A stretch of 64,000 nt of DNA from Octopus sinensis (lineage: Eukaryota): NCBI RefSeq assembly GCF_006345805.1, contig NC_042998.1, positions 160,208,001-160,272,000 on the forward strand, written 5' to 3'. The notes under the pieces are model-generated. The model searched no databases. It was given only the letters and a program-made list of their open reading frames with translations, and had not been told where the DNA came from. Position numbers and translations under genes: made by a program. Positions 26,493-37,890 of the stretch are shown here, in pieces. Numbering within the stretch: position 1 is the stretch's first letter; the number at the start of each line of letters is the position of its first letter.

Positions 26493-27856
26493 GGCCTTCA
26501 TTGATCTGACAAAGGCCTTTGACTTGGTAAGTAGAAAAGGCTTCTTCATCCTGCTCCAAAAAATCGGATGTCCACCAAAGCTGCTGAGGATCATCAAATC
26601 TTTCCATGATGAAATGCAAGGCACCATACAGCACAATGGTTCAACATCAGCCGCATTCCAAATAAAAAAACGGGGTAAAGCAAGGTTGTGTCCTTGCTCC
26701 TACATTATTTGGCATCTTCTTGCTGCTGCTGTCACATGCCTTTGAGACATCAGATGATGGAGTGTTTCTGCACAGTAGAAGTGATGGGAACCTGTTCAAT
26801 CTCTTGCGTCTGCGTGCCAAGGCCAAAATCAGAAGTATCCTGATCAAGGAAATGCTATTTGCTGATGATGCCACTCTGGCATCACACACAGAAGAAGCCC
26901 TTCAAATGCTCATCAACTGTTTTGAGCAAGCATGTAGTGACTTTGGCTTAGTTATCAGCCTCAAGAAGACCAATATCATGGGTCAGGCTACATCAGACAT
27001 CCCAGACATACATATTAGAGACCACAGACTACAGGAGGTGGAGAAGTTTACTTATCTTAGCTCAACCATCACCTACAACCTATCCCTTGATGTCGAGCTC
27101 AATATACACATTGGCAAGGCAGCTGCTGTGATGGCCCAACTCTCCAAACGAGCATGGGACAACAATAAGTTGACCAAGACCACAAAAATGAAGATTTACC
27201 AGGCATGTGTACTTAGCACTCTACTGTATGGAAGTGATACTTGGACACCATACACATGCCAAGAGCGTCGCCTAAATATCTTTCACCTGTGTTGCCTTCG
27301 GAAAATCCTTGGCATCATATGGCAGAATCATGTCCCCAACAAGGATGTCCTCAAGCAAGCAGGAATACCAAGCATGTTTGCACTCATCACACAAAGACGT
27401 ATGAAATGGCTTGGACATGTTGGCCGTTTGGAAGATGGCAGAATCCCCAACGACATACTCTACGGAGAGCTTGCTGGGGGCACTAGGTCTGTGGGAAAAC
27501 CGTTCTTACGATACAAGGATGTTTGCAAAAGGGACATGAAGGCCTGTGACATCAATATTAGCAACTGGGAAGTAGTTACCAGAAACAATGGAGATTGGCG
27601 ATGTACCGTAAAAGAGGGAACACAAAGGAGTGACAGAGGGAGAGAGGAGAAAAGATGTCAACAAGAAACTATAACATTACCACCAGCCAGGCAAAGTCTT
27701 CGCTACATTTGCGGCACCTGCCAGAGGGAGTGCTTGTCCAGGATAGGACTACACAGCCACAGCAGGAGATGTATTAGGACATGAAATGTAAAAGCCAGAC
27801 TAGATTATTTTATGCGCAGCTCCATTGTCTTCCGAGACAAAATGGATGCCAACAAC
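26493..27856 (+). mobile_element. 5'-truncated RTE-clade (BovB/RTE-1-like) LINE; RT nearly intact, one +1 frameshift
   Basis: AFIDLTKAFD...GVKQGCVLAPTLF...LFADD...KTNIM...LLYGSDTW...RMKWLGHV...GKPFLRYKD...CGTCQRECLSRIGLHSHSRRC*. Frameshift in an A7 run at 26664-26670; short (CAA)n tail. Confidence 0.92.
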
Positions 27857-28260
27857 AATATATATATCTAAATAAACATAAACCAATAGAAGAAAAGAAC
27901 CTAGGATATAAACACAATAATATGAATGAAAATAGTAAATAGATCATAAATAAATATGAAAGTGTTAAGCCAGATAAAATAAATGTAAATAATAATATAA
28001 AAATCTCTTCCACAAACAAAAAACCTAATAAACATAAATATAAGACTAAAATGAATAAGGAATCTTGTAAGAATATAGATAACATTAATCTTTCCCACTC
28101 TCACTCAAATAAAAAATACGAAAGAAAAAATGTTATTTGGTTAAATATCCCCTTCAACTAGACAATCTCTACGAATATATACAGTAGATTTATGTCTATA
28201 CTGGAAAAAAACTTCCCAGCTTCTCATAAATATTATGAAATAATTTCTAACAAAGGCTAG
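27855..28260 (+). pseudogene. Penelope-like element RT-endonuclease linker fragment
   Basis: An N/K-rich in-frame stretch, then RKNVIWLNIPFN*TISTNIYSRFMSILEKNFPASHKYYEI, matching the PLE motif RxIIWFNPPF...TNIG..F..L.K.FP..H. Confidence 0.7.
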
Positions 28261-28261
28261 G

Positions 28262-28540
28262 AGTCCTTCACTCCCAATGGTTTAACCGCATGATTGGGTA
28301 TTCAGTCTGATTATTTCTGTCCCCGCACATGATACATCCTTAAGACAGTTATTGGATGGCTGTTGACTCTCAAGAGTTCCTCCGCCCTTTGACGGGTTTT
28401 GTTTTTTATCCCGCAGGGTGTCCAATAAACACCCTCCTTACCAAGCATGCTTCGTGGGGTTGCTGTTTTAGCCGCCGCCGACCCGATCATGCAACAGGGT
28501 GTACTGGGTTACGTGTTACCAGTAGCAGTCAAAAGTGACC
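28262..28540 (-). mobile_element. Probable 5' UTR/start of a LINE (RTE-like)
   Basis: GC-richer segment recalled as an RTE 5' region; it ends in a decayed W-x-V-R-T-like start. Weak evidence. Confidence 0.35.
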
Positions 28541-28549
28541 TGACATGTA

Positions 28550-28606
<57 letters not shown>

Positions 28607-28649
28607 TATATATAATATGTATATATATTATATATGTATTATATATGTA

Positions 28650-28680
<31 letters not shown>

Positions 28681-28681
<1 letters not shown>

Positions 28682-29100
28682 GGCGCAGGAGTGGCTGTGT
28701 GGTAGGTAGCTTGTTTACCAGCCACATGGTTCCGGGTTCAGTCCCACTGCGTGGCACCTTGGACAAGTATCTTCTACTTTAGCCTCGGGCTGGCCAAAGC
28801 CTTGTGAGTGGATTTGGTAGACGGAAACTGAAAGAAGCCCGTCGTATATATGTATATATATATGTATATATATATATATGTGCGTGTATGTTTGTGTGTC
28901 TGTGTTTGTCTCCCTAGCATTGCTTGACAACCGATGCTGGTGTGTTTATGTCCCCGTCACTTAGCGGTTCGGCAAAAGAGACTGATAGAATAAGTACTGG
29001 CCTTACAAAGAATAAGTCTCGGGGTCGAGTTGCTCGATTAAAGGCGGTGCTCCAGCATGGCTGCAGTCAAATGACTGAAACCAGTTAAAGAGTAAAAGAG
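28681..29100 (+). mobile_element. tRNA-derived SINE family 1, full length
   Basis: A box TGGCTGTGTGG, B box-like GGTTCAGTCCC, and tail GAGTAAAAGAG. Reverse complement of 22234-22641. Confidence 0.88.
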
Positions 29101-29117
29101 TATATATATAATATATA

Positions 29118-32100
29118 TCATCATCATCATCATCATTTAGCATCCGCTTTCCATGCTAGCATGGGTTGGACGGTTCAACTGGGGTCTGTGAAGCCAGAAG
29201 GCTGCATCAGACCCAGTCTGATGTGGCAGTGTTTCTACGGCTGGATGCCCTTCCTAACGCCAATCACTCCGTGAGTGTAGTGGCTGCTTTTTATGTGCCA
29301 CCCACACAGGTGCCAGACGGAGCTGGCAAACGGCCACGGACGGATGGTGCTTTTTACATGCCACTGGCACGGGGGCCAGGCGAGGCTGGCAACGGCCACG
29401 AACGGAGGGTGCTACGTGCCACCTGCATGGGGGCCAGGCGAGGCTGGCAACGGCCACGAACAGATGGTGCTTTTTACGTGTCACTGGCACGGAGGCCAGT
29501 CGGGGCGCGCTGGCAACGGCCACGATCGGATGGTTCGCTTACTTGTCACCGGCACTGGTATCTCAGCTGCAATTTCCATTGATGTTGATCGACTTCGATT
29601 TTGGTTCTGCTTTCTGATATCTGATTTGATTTGGTTTGATTTTGATTTTGATTTTCACTTGCCTCAACGGGTCTTCACAAGTGGAGTTTTGTGTCCCAAG
29701 AAGGAAAGGTATGTATAAGTCGACTGGCTACATACCAGGTAGAGGCCACGGGTTATGGTCTCACTAGTCTTGCCGGGTCTTCTCACACACAGCATACTTC
29801 CATAGGTCTCGGTCTCTAGACATTTCCTTGGTGAGACCTAAAGTTTGTAGGTCATGCTTCACCACCTTGTCCCAGGTTTTCCTGGGTCTACCTCTTCCAC
29901 AGGTTCCCTCAACTGCTAGGGTGTGGTACTTTTGCACACAACTATCTTCAGCCATTCTCGTCACATGACCATACCAGCGCAAACGTCTCTCTTGCACACC
30001 ACAACTGATGCTTCTTATGTCCAACTTTTCTCTCAAGGTACTTACACTCTGTCGATTATGAACACTGACATTACACATCCATCGGAGCATACTGGCTTCA
30101 TTTCTTGCGAGCTTACGCATATCCTCAGCAGTCACAGCCCATGTTTCACTGCCATGTAGCATGGCTGTACGTACACATGCATCATACAGTCTGCCTTTTA
30201 CTCTGAGCGAGAGGCCTTTTGTCACCAGCAGGGGTAAGAGCTCTCTAAAGTTTGCCCAGGCTATTCTTACTCTAGCAGTTACACTTTCAGCACACCCGCC
30301 CCCGCTACTGACTTGGTCACCTAGGTAGCGGAAGCTATCAACTACTTCTAGTTTTTCTCCCTGGAACGTGGTAGAAGTTGGTCTCTGCACATTTTCAGTG
30401 TTTATTGCTCCTGAGCATCTGCCACAGACAAAAACTATTTTCCTAGTTAGCCTTCCTTTGACATTGCTACACCTCTTATGTGTCCATAGCTTACACTTGG
30501 TGCACCTTATAGAGTTTCTACCTATGCCTTTTTTACAGATCGAGCAGGGCCATCTACCTGAAGGCGTTTGTAATTGGTCTACCTACCTACATATTAGGAC
30601 TTTGGTTTTGGCTAGGTTGATTCTAAGGCCCTTCGATTCTAAACCTTGCTTCCACACCTGAAACTTCTCCTCCAGTTCTGATAGTGATTCAGCAATTAGA
30701 GCAAGGTCTTCAGCATAGAGGAGCTCCCAGGGGTATCCTGTCTTGAATTCATCCGTTATTGCCTGGAGGACTATGATAAATAGGAGGGGACTGAGGACTG
30801 AACCTTGGTGGACCCCAACCTCTACCCGGAATTCTTCACTGTACTCGTTGCCAACCCTCACCTTACTAGCAGCGTCTCTGTACATGGCTCGCACAGCTCT
30901 CACTAACCATTCATCTATCCCTAGTTTCCTCATTGACCACCAGATAAGGGATCGGGGGACCCTGTCGAAGGCTTTCTCCATGTCAACAAAAGCCAGGTAC
31001 AGGGGCTTATCTTTGGCTAGGTATGCAGCTGTCTTACCAGGAATATAGCATCAGTAGTACTTTTCCCTGGCACGAACCCAAACTGCATCTCATCTAAGCT
31101 AACACTCTCTCTAATTAGTTGGGCTATAACCCTCTCCGTAACCTTCATTACCTGATCCAGCAGCTTGATACCCCTGTAGTTATTTGTATCTAGGGCGTCA
31201 CCTTTACCTTTGTAGCAGTTGACTATTATGCTGCTACACCAGTCATTGGGTATGACTCCTTCGTGTATCACCTGGTTAACTATACGGGTGACTAGGCTAT
31301 AGCCGACACTACCAGATATTTTGAGCATTTCTGCAGTAATTCCTGATGGGCCTGGGGCTTTCCCTGTTTTCATGCTTGTAATTGCCTTAACTACTAAGGA
31401 ACTGTCAACTCGGATTGCTGGTCCCTCTGTTGGGTCGATATTCGGCAGACTCTCTTTATCCTATTCATTTTCCTCATTCAGCAACCTTTCATAGTGGCGT
31501 CTCCAAACCTCTCTCTTTGCATCCTCATTTAGCGCAAGTGAACCGTCATCCTTGCGAACACATTTCTCTCCTACCACGTCATGATTCTCTCTCACACACT
31601 GTCTTGCAACACGAAATACCTCCAGTCTTTCATCCTACGGCGCAGAACATTGGCAAATTTTTTCTTATCTGCTTCCCCTCTGGCTAAATACACCTGCCTC
31701 CTAGCTTCCCTTCTGGCAGTCTGATACACTTCCCTGCTACCACCATTCTTCCAGTCCTTCCAAGCCTGTTTTTTTTTGTCTAATAGCCCTGTCAACAATA
31801 TTGTTCCACCGCCACGTTATTTTGTGTCTTGAGGGGACTTTGCACCAGCCACAGATCTGGTCAGTGGCTTTCAGCAGGTTGTCCCTTAGAAGCGTCCAGT
31901 TGTCTTCTACCCCATGTGTAGCTATACCCCCTTCTATTTCGTCAAAGGCTTCAAGTAACATGTCTCTAAATCTCTGTCCATTTGCAGGGTCTTTAAGCTT
32001 CCAGTCCCTTCTTCTCCATGCTGGTCATCTTCTAGTCGTCCTCTTAGTCCTGATCCTAAAGTCACTAACTACCAGTCTATGTTGTGGGGTACATTCTTCG

Positions 32101-32376
32101 CCTGGGAAGGTTTTAGCATTCATAAGCAGCCATCTTTCCCTTTTTCTGGCAAGGATGTAGTCAATTTGGCTAGTATGCCGGCCCGATCGGTAGGTGACCA
32201 AGTGGCTTGTCGGTTCCCTGAAGTTAGTGTTGCAAACCATAAGGCTATTCACATCACAGAACTCCAGCAGCCTGGTTCCCTCCTCGTTGCGGGAACCATA
32301 ACCGTAGCCTCCATGTACACCATGGAAGCCCCCAGCATATCGTCCAACATGCCCATTGAAGTCACCAGCCACAAAG
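29118..32376 (-). mobile_element. 5'-truncated RTE LINE (APE endonuclease + RT), inactivated
   Basis: GDFNGHVG, SQIDYIL, QHRLVVSDF (endonuclease); KAPGPSGI, NYRGIKLL, QFGF, EKAFD, GVHQGSVLSP, YAED in place of YADD; RLRWYGHV, GRPRKTW. Several frameshifts; (GAT)n tail. Confidence 0.93.
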
Positions 32377-33818
32377 GCGAAGTTTCAAGTGTGGAAACAA
32401 GGATTAGAATCGAAGGGCCTTAGGATTAACCTAGCTAAAACCAAAGTCCTAATATGTAGGAAGGCAGGCAAACCACAAATCCCTTCAGGTAGATGGCCCT
32501 GCTCAATCTGTAGTGGAGGTGTAGGTAGAAACTCTATAAGATGCACCCAGTGTAAGCTATGGACACATCAAAGCAATATCAAAGGGAGGCTAACGGGGAA
32601 GATAGTTTTTGTATGTGGCAGATGCTTAGGAGAAATAAACACTGAAAATGCGCAGAGAACAACTTCCACCACATTCCAGGGAGAAAAACTAGAAGTAGTT
32701 GATAGCTTCTGTTACCTAAGGGACCAAGTCAATAGCAGAGGGGGCTGCGCTGAAATTGTAGCTGCTAGAATAAGAATAGCTTGGGCAAAGTTCAGAGAGC
32801 TCTTACCTCTGCTGGCGACAAAGGGCCTCTTGCTCAGAGTAAAAGGTAGACTGTATGATGCTTGTGTACGAACAGCCATGCTACATGGCAGTGAAACATG
32901 GGCTGTGACTGCTGAGGACATGCGTAAGCTCGCAAGGAATGAAGCCAGTATTATCTGATGGATGTGTGTCAGTGTGCATACTTGATAGAATGTAGGTACC
33001 TTGATAGAGATGTTGGACCTAAGAAGCATCAGATGTGGTGTGCAAGAGAGATGACTGCACTGGTATGGTCATGTGGCAAGAATGGATGAGGACAGCTGTG
33101 TGAAAAAGTACCACACCCTAGTGGTTGAGGGAACCTGTGAAAGAGGTAGACCCAGGAAGACCTGGGATGAAGTGGTGAAGCACGACCTTTGAACTTTAGG
33201 CCTCATCAAGGAAATGACTTGTGACTGAGACCTTTGGAAATATGCTGTACGTGAGAAGACCCAGCAAGCCAAATGAAACCATAATCTCATGGCCTATGCC
33301 AGGGGTGTAACCAGCCCACTTATGCGTACCTTTTCCTTCTTTGGACACTAAAACTCTACTTGCAAAGACCTGTTGAGGCAAGTGAAATCAATCAAAAGCA
33401 AAATCAAAATCAAACTCGATGACTGGCGTCCTTGCTAGCAGGGTGCCAAGAGCACCATCCGAGCATGATCATTGCCAGGGCAGCCAACTGGCTTCCGTGC
33501 CAGTGGCATGTAAAATGGCACTATTCGAGCATGATTGTTACCAATGTCGCCTCACTAGTACCTGTGCTGGTGGCATGTGTAAAAGGATTCAAGCGAGGTC
33601 GTTGCCAGTACCGCCTGACTGGCCCCCATGCCGGTGGCACATAAAAAGCACCCTCTACACTCTCGGAGTGGTTGGCATTAGGAAGGGCATCCAGCTGTAG
33701 AAACTCTGCCAAATCAAGATTGGAGTCTGGTGCAGCCATCTGGTTCGCCAGCCCTCAGTCAAAATCGTCCAACCCATGTTAGCATGGAAAGCAGATGTTA
33801 AACAATGATGGTGATGAT
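32377..33818 (+). mobile_element. Second 5'-truncated RTE LINE of the same family, fused head-to-head with the first
   Basis: KFQVWKQGLESKGLRINLAKTK...CVRTAMLHGSETW, followed by the 3' UTR repeats and a (GAT)n tail. Inverse of about 29118-30672. Confidence 0.92.
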
Positions 33819-33819
33819 A

Positions 33820-34996
33820 TCTCTTATTATAAAAGGCAGATTTTATCTGCCTCCCTTTGGGAGTTATAGAAATCTACAATATAGGATTTCTTCAATTACA
33901 ATTTACCTAGCATTTTTAAGAGTAGAATGCATCGCGTCATGCCAGGTCCAGTTTTTAAAATTTAAACTCCAATTAAGCAAAATTTACAGAAAACTCACAT
34001 TCTGGTGTGTATGTCAAATGCTTTTCTTAGTCTGGTTTACACCACACGCAAACGCACACACACAGTGTGCAACGAATAAAGTGAAACTAGATGTAATATT
34101 TGTTTCTGTCTATCACGCTGATAGATACATGAATAAAATGTATGGGAAGCTAACAGATAAGAGTGAGTGAAAATGTTCTTGGAAGAGAGTAAATTAGCTA
34201 CAGAGTGATTTGAGGAAGACTAAACTGAAAGTATGAAACAGTGTTTATGTATAAACAGACGACACTTATATAAACCCTTTCCTTACCAAACCGCCCGAAT
34301 TTACCTATTCATATTTAAATGAGAATATCAGAGTAAATCTCTTTAGTACATTTGTGAAAACACGTATTATACTTCGTAAACACTTCAAATACAGTTTTGT
34401 ACAAAAATCGAAGTGTAATTTTAATTCCGTGAATTATGGGAGATTTTTTTCCGAAATTTGTTCCTATTGTGTTTTCAAAATTTGTAATTCTGACAAAAAA
34501 TGGATACGAATTTCATTATATCAAGCAGCGAGTCAGAATTCGAAGGATTTTCTACTGAAGACCTTCATAAATCTAACTCTATGACTGAAAAAAAAAACCA
34601 TCTTTATATAAGAGTGAAGTTGTGTGTCTGTCCCCTTCGATTTAGATTCGTAACTACTCCCACATTTTGCGGTGCAGTTTAACCAAAAGCGGGTATCTTA
34701 TAGTCGTGATTCATATCGAGCCCTTCTGGGTATTAGCGCGCGTCTACGATGAGTCTACGATTTAAAAAAAATTTACCATCATATTTTTCCATTTTAATGC
34801 ATTTTTTTCGCTTTTATATAAGGGAAGTAACTCTCTAAAAATATCTAAAATGTGTCAACGATTTAAAAAAAATATTTACCTTAATTTTTTTTCAATTTTT
34901 AATGCATTTTTTTGCTATTTTTTGGCTATAACTCTCTAAAAATGCTTATATAGTTATTTCCCTTACAACCCGAGCAACGCCGGGCGATACTGCTAG
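33820..34996 (+). mobile_element. Non-autonomous Helitron
   Basis: A|TC start at 33820; hairpin CCCGAGCAACGCCGGG + CTAG|T end at 34996; no TSD. Ends shared with 5879-7349. Confidence 0.85.
34275..34600 (+). pseudogene. Probable piggyBac 5' end (CCCTTT terminus plus acidic transposase start) inside the Helitron
   Basis: CCCTTTCCTTACC at 34275; ATG at 34500 gives MDTNFIISSSESEFEGFSTEDL. Confidence 0.5.
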
Positions 34997-35014
34997 TATA
35001 TAATATATGTAATA

Positions 35015-35560
35015 TATATATATGGCAAAATGTCTGCGTGTGTGTCCTTTATACAAATCCACAATTTTTCTGTTAGAATGCTCGCACTTTCTATGGTCAT
35101 TTAAAACCGTCCACAGGTGGTTGTGCACATCTTTACATTTCCCCAGTCACCCCGCAAAGCCATTAAAAAATCAATAGAAGTGACTTTTTTGTGAATTTTC
35201 TACCCAAAACCCAATCAAAATGCCCAAAACTTGATTTGCCAATTGAATGCCGGCTAGCTGTATATGATTGGTTGGAGATTTGGACAGTACTCATGTGTAT
35301 GTGTGCACGCACGCAGCTGTATATGCATGCACTAGCATTATGACCCGGCGTTGCCGGGTCATAGTGCTTGTGTATATTATATATGTATTATATATATATA
35401 TCTATATCTATATATATAAAACTGAGAATGTCTGTCTGTCTGTGTGAATCCCTAAAACTTGAGAACTACACAACCAATTTCATTCAAATTTTACACACGC
35501 CTTACTTCTTGCCTAGGGCGAGCCCACAGCAATATCATATCTTCTCTACTATTTCAGTAT
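35015..35560 (+). mobile_element. Additional non-autonomous Helitron-like pieces
   Basis: TCTATATATATAAAA-type start near 35405; CTAG plus a long hairpin TATGACCCGGC-GTT-GCCGGGTCATA at 35332-35372. Confidence 0.55.
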
Positions 35561-35800
35561 TACGTGTTAAAAGTGAAAGAAAATCATCTCTCAGATGCTT
35601 TCAGTTTAATACTGAAACTATTAAAGTGAAACTATTATATAACAGGGTTGAGCCATTAAGAGTGGACATCCATTTTGCTAGAAGATCTGCTATGGTCTTA
35701 TATGCTACACCACTGGTTATCAATTCATATTAATCAAATCAATATTCAATCTTTCACCCTTATTATTTTAAATTCAAATTTACATATATATAGACATATA

Positions 35801-36120
35801 TAGGAGCACTCCACCGGTTATGACAATGAGGATCCCAGATGATACGATCAATGGAATAGCCTGCTCATGAAATTAACGTGCAAATGGCTGAGCACTCCAC
35901 AGACACATGTACCCTTAAAGTAGCTCTCAGGGAGATCAGTGTGATACAGAATGTGACAAGGCTGGCCCTTTGAAATATGGGTACTACTCATTTTTGCCAG
36001 CTGAATTAACTAGAGTAATGTGAAATAAAGTGTCTTGCTCAAGGACCAATGCGTCACTGGGAATTGAACTCATGACCTTACGATCATGAACTGAATGTCC
36101 TAACCACTAACCCACATACC
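35801..36120 (-). mobile_element. tRNA-derived SINE family 4 (second copy at about 62035-62298)
   Basis: tRNA-like head at the right end; body GCTGAGCACTCCACAGACAC shared between the copies. Confidence 0.75.
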
Positions 36121-36834
36121 TTCATAGACATATATACATACATACAACATACATATATATATATGTAGAAGATAAACCTAACCTAGCCTGAATAGGAAAT
36201 TGGAATAGAACACTAGCACACACCACAACATATGACGGTAGAGGATCCCCATAAACTTGTTACAATATAAACAAAACATAATAAATAAAATACACAGATA
36301 AATAAACAAATAGAAATAAATAACTATATAAGTTTTTTTTTATTTATTATTATTATCATTATTATTATTATTATTATTATTACTAGTATTATTGTTATAC
36401 ATACATACATACATACAAGCATACGTAATCATAATAATAATGTGTGGATGTAAACACATGAACAAATAAGAATAACCAACAGCAACAAAAACAAATTACA
36501 TAAACGTATATAAACAGAAGATACAAATATTACAGGCATCCCCCCCACACACACTAAATAAACATAGATGCACATAGAGATATAAGCATGCGCAAATGAA
36601 GACATACAATAGAAATACAAAATGGCTGACGGTTAGTAAGGAGAGACACAAATAAGGAAGAAGAAAACAACGGACCACTGATGCGGTCACAGGAGTGTGA
36701 CGAAAGAACTCTGGCCAAAATAAGATTAAGATTAATGTAAAAAATAAATAACACTGAAGCAAAATAACACCAAATATATAGAGCGTGTGTTTTTATTGGC
36801 TAAACTGGCAAAATGACCATTCCGAAATATAACA

Positions 36835-36871
<37 letters not shown>

Positions 36872-36875
36872 CATA

Positions 36876-36914
36876 CTAGCACTATGTCCTGGCAACACTG
36901 GGTCATAGTGCTAG
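36876..36914. repeat. 39-bp imperfect palindrome bounded by CTAG at both ends (Helitron-terminus-like)
   Basis: CTAGCACTATGTCCTGGC-AAC-ACTGGGTCATAGTGCTAG; related to 35332-35372. Confidence 0.7.
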
Positions 36915-37058
36915 TATTATATATATGAAAAGATAAAGCATGATTAATGCAAAGCAATGTTAATAAATAAGCATTACATTTGAAAGAGTCATCCAAATAC
37001 TGAAGGATTAAATATCCAACATTCTTTGACTTACTCTATTTTATTTGACATTTGTTAA

Positions 37059-37890
37059 GATTCTTTTCTTGCCCTGATCTTGTTCTGATTTTTTTATCAA
37101 TGATCTTTCAGATGATATCATGTCTAACTCTGCTATCTCTGCTGGTGACTCTTCATTGTATTTTTGTTTGAATCAGGAGACTAATTTGTTTGATTGGGTT
37201 GAATTGAGCTTGATTTGCGTTTGGTGATTGATTGCAGTCCTCAGTGGTTGGTTTCTTTCTACTCTGCAAAAACTAAATTTCTTTCCATTAATCAATACAA
37301 AAACTCTGATCATATTTTTATTTCTACATCAAATACTGTCTTCTAATCTATTTAACTTGTTCTAAAATTCATACTTGGAATGATTATATTAGATGTATTG
37401 CTAAATTATTCACTATGAAGGTTGGTTCTCTCTATCAAGCTCATTCCTCTAAAATGTATTCTTCAACTTTATAAGTCTCTTATTCACCCTTGTAGGGAAT
37501 ACTGTTGCCACATCTGAACTGATACCTGATGTTCTATCTCTTGATTAAGTTCAGAATTAAGTTTCTTACAGTGTTAGTTCTGTTTTGGCAGCTAAGTTTT
37601 AACTCCTCTCTTACTGTTGGAACATTGTTTTTGTTTTATATCTCTTCTAAAAATATATTTCCAAGATTATTGTCCTACTAAATTTTCTTCCCCTGTTCTT
37701 ATTCTTAATGTTATTAATGAAATGACTTGTTTTTCTTCTAATTTTCATTGTTACATTGTTGTTGTCCCCTCTGTACAAAGTGATTCTATTCTAATAGATT
37801 TTTTTTTTATTTCTTTAATGTCTGTCTTGTGGAATTCTCTTCCTTTGTGTTTCCCTGATAAATATAATCTTAATTCTTTTAAATCGTGAG
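37059..37890 (+). mobile_element. Ancient CR1/L2-group LINE RT relic
   Basis: Decayed FINDL...SAxD, WLVSFYSAKTK, KVGSLY, LYKSLIHPCREYCCHI and LWNSLP..FPDKYNLNSFKS motifs. Confidence 0.7.

Noticed and set aside
28440-28540. Possible HDV-like ribozyme at a LINE 5' end (GGCUAA motif on the minus strand)
   Set aside because: I could not build the P1/P2/P3 pseudoknot from the sequence present.
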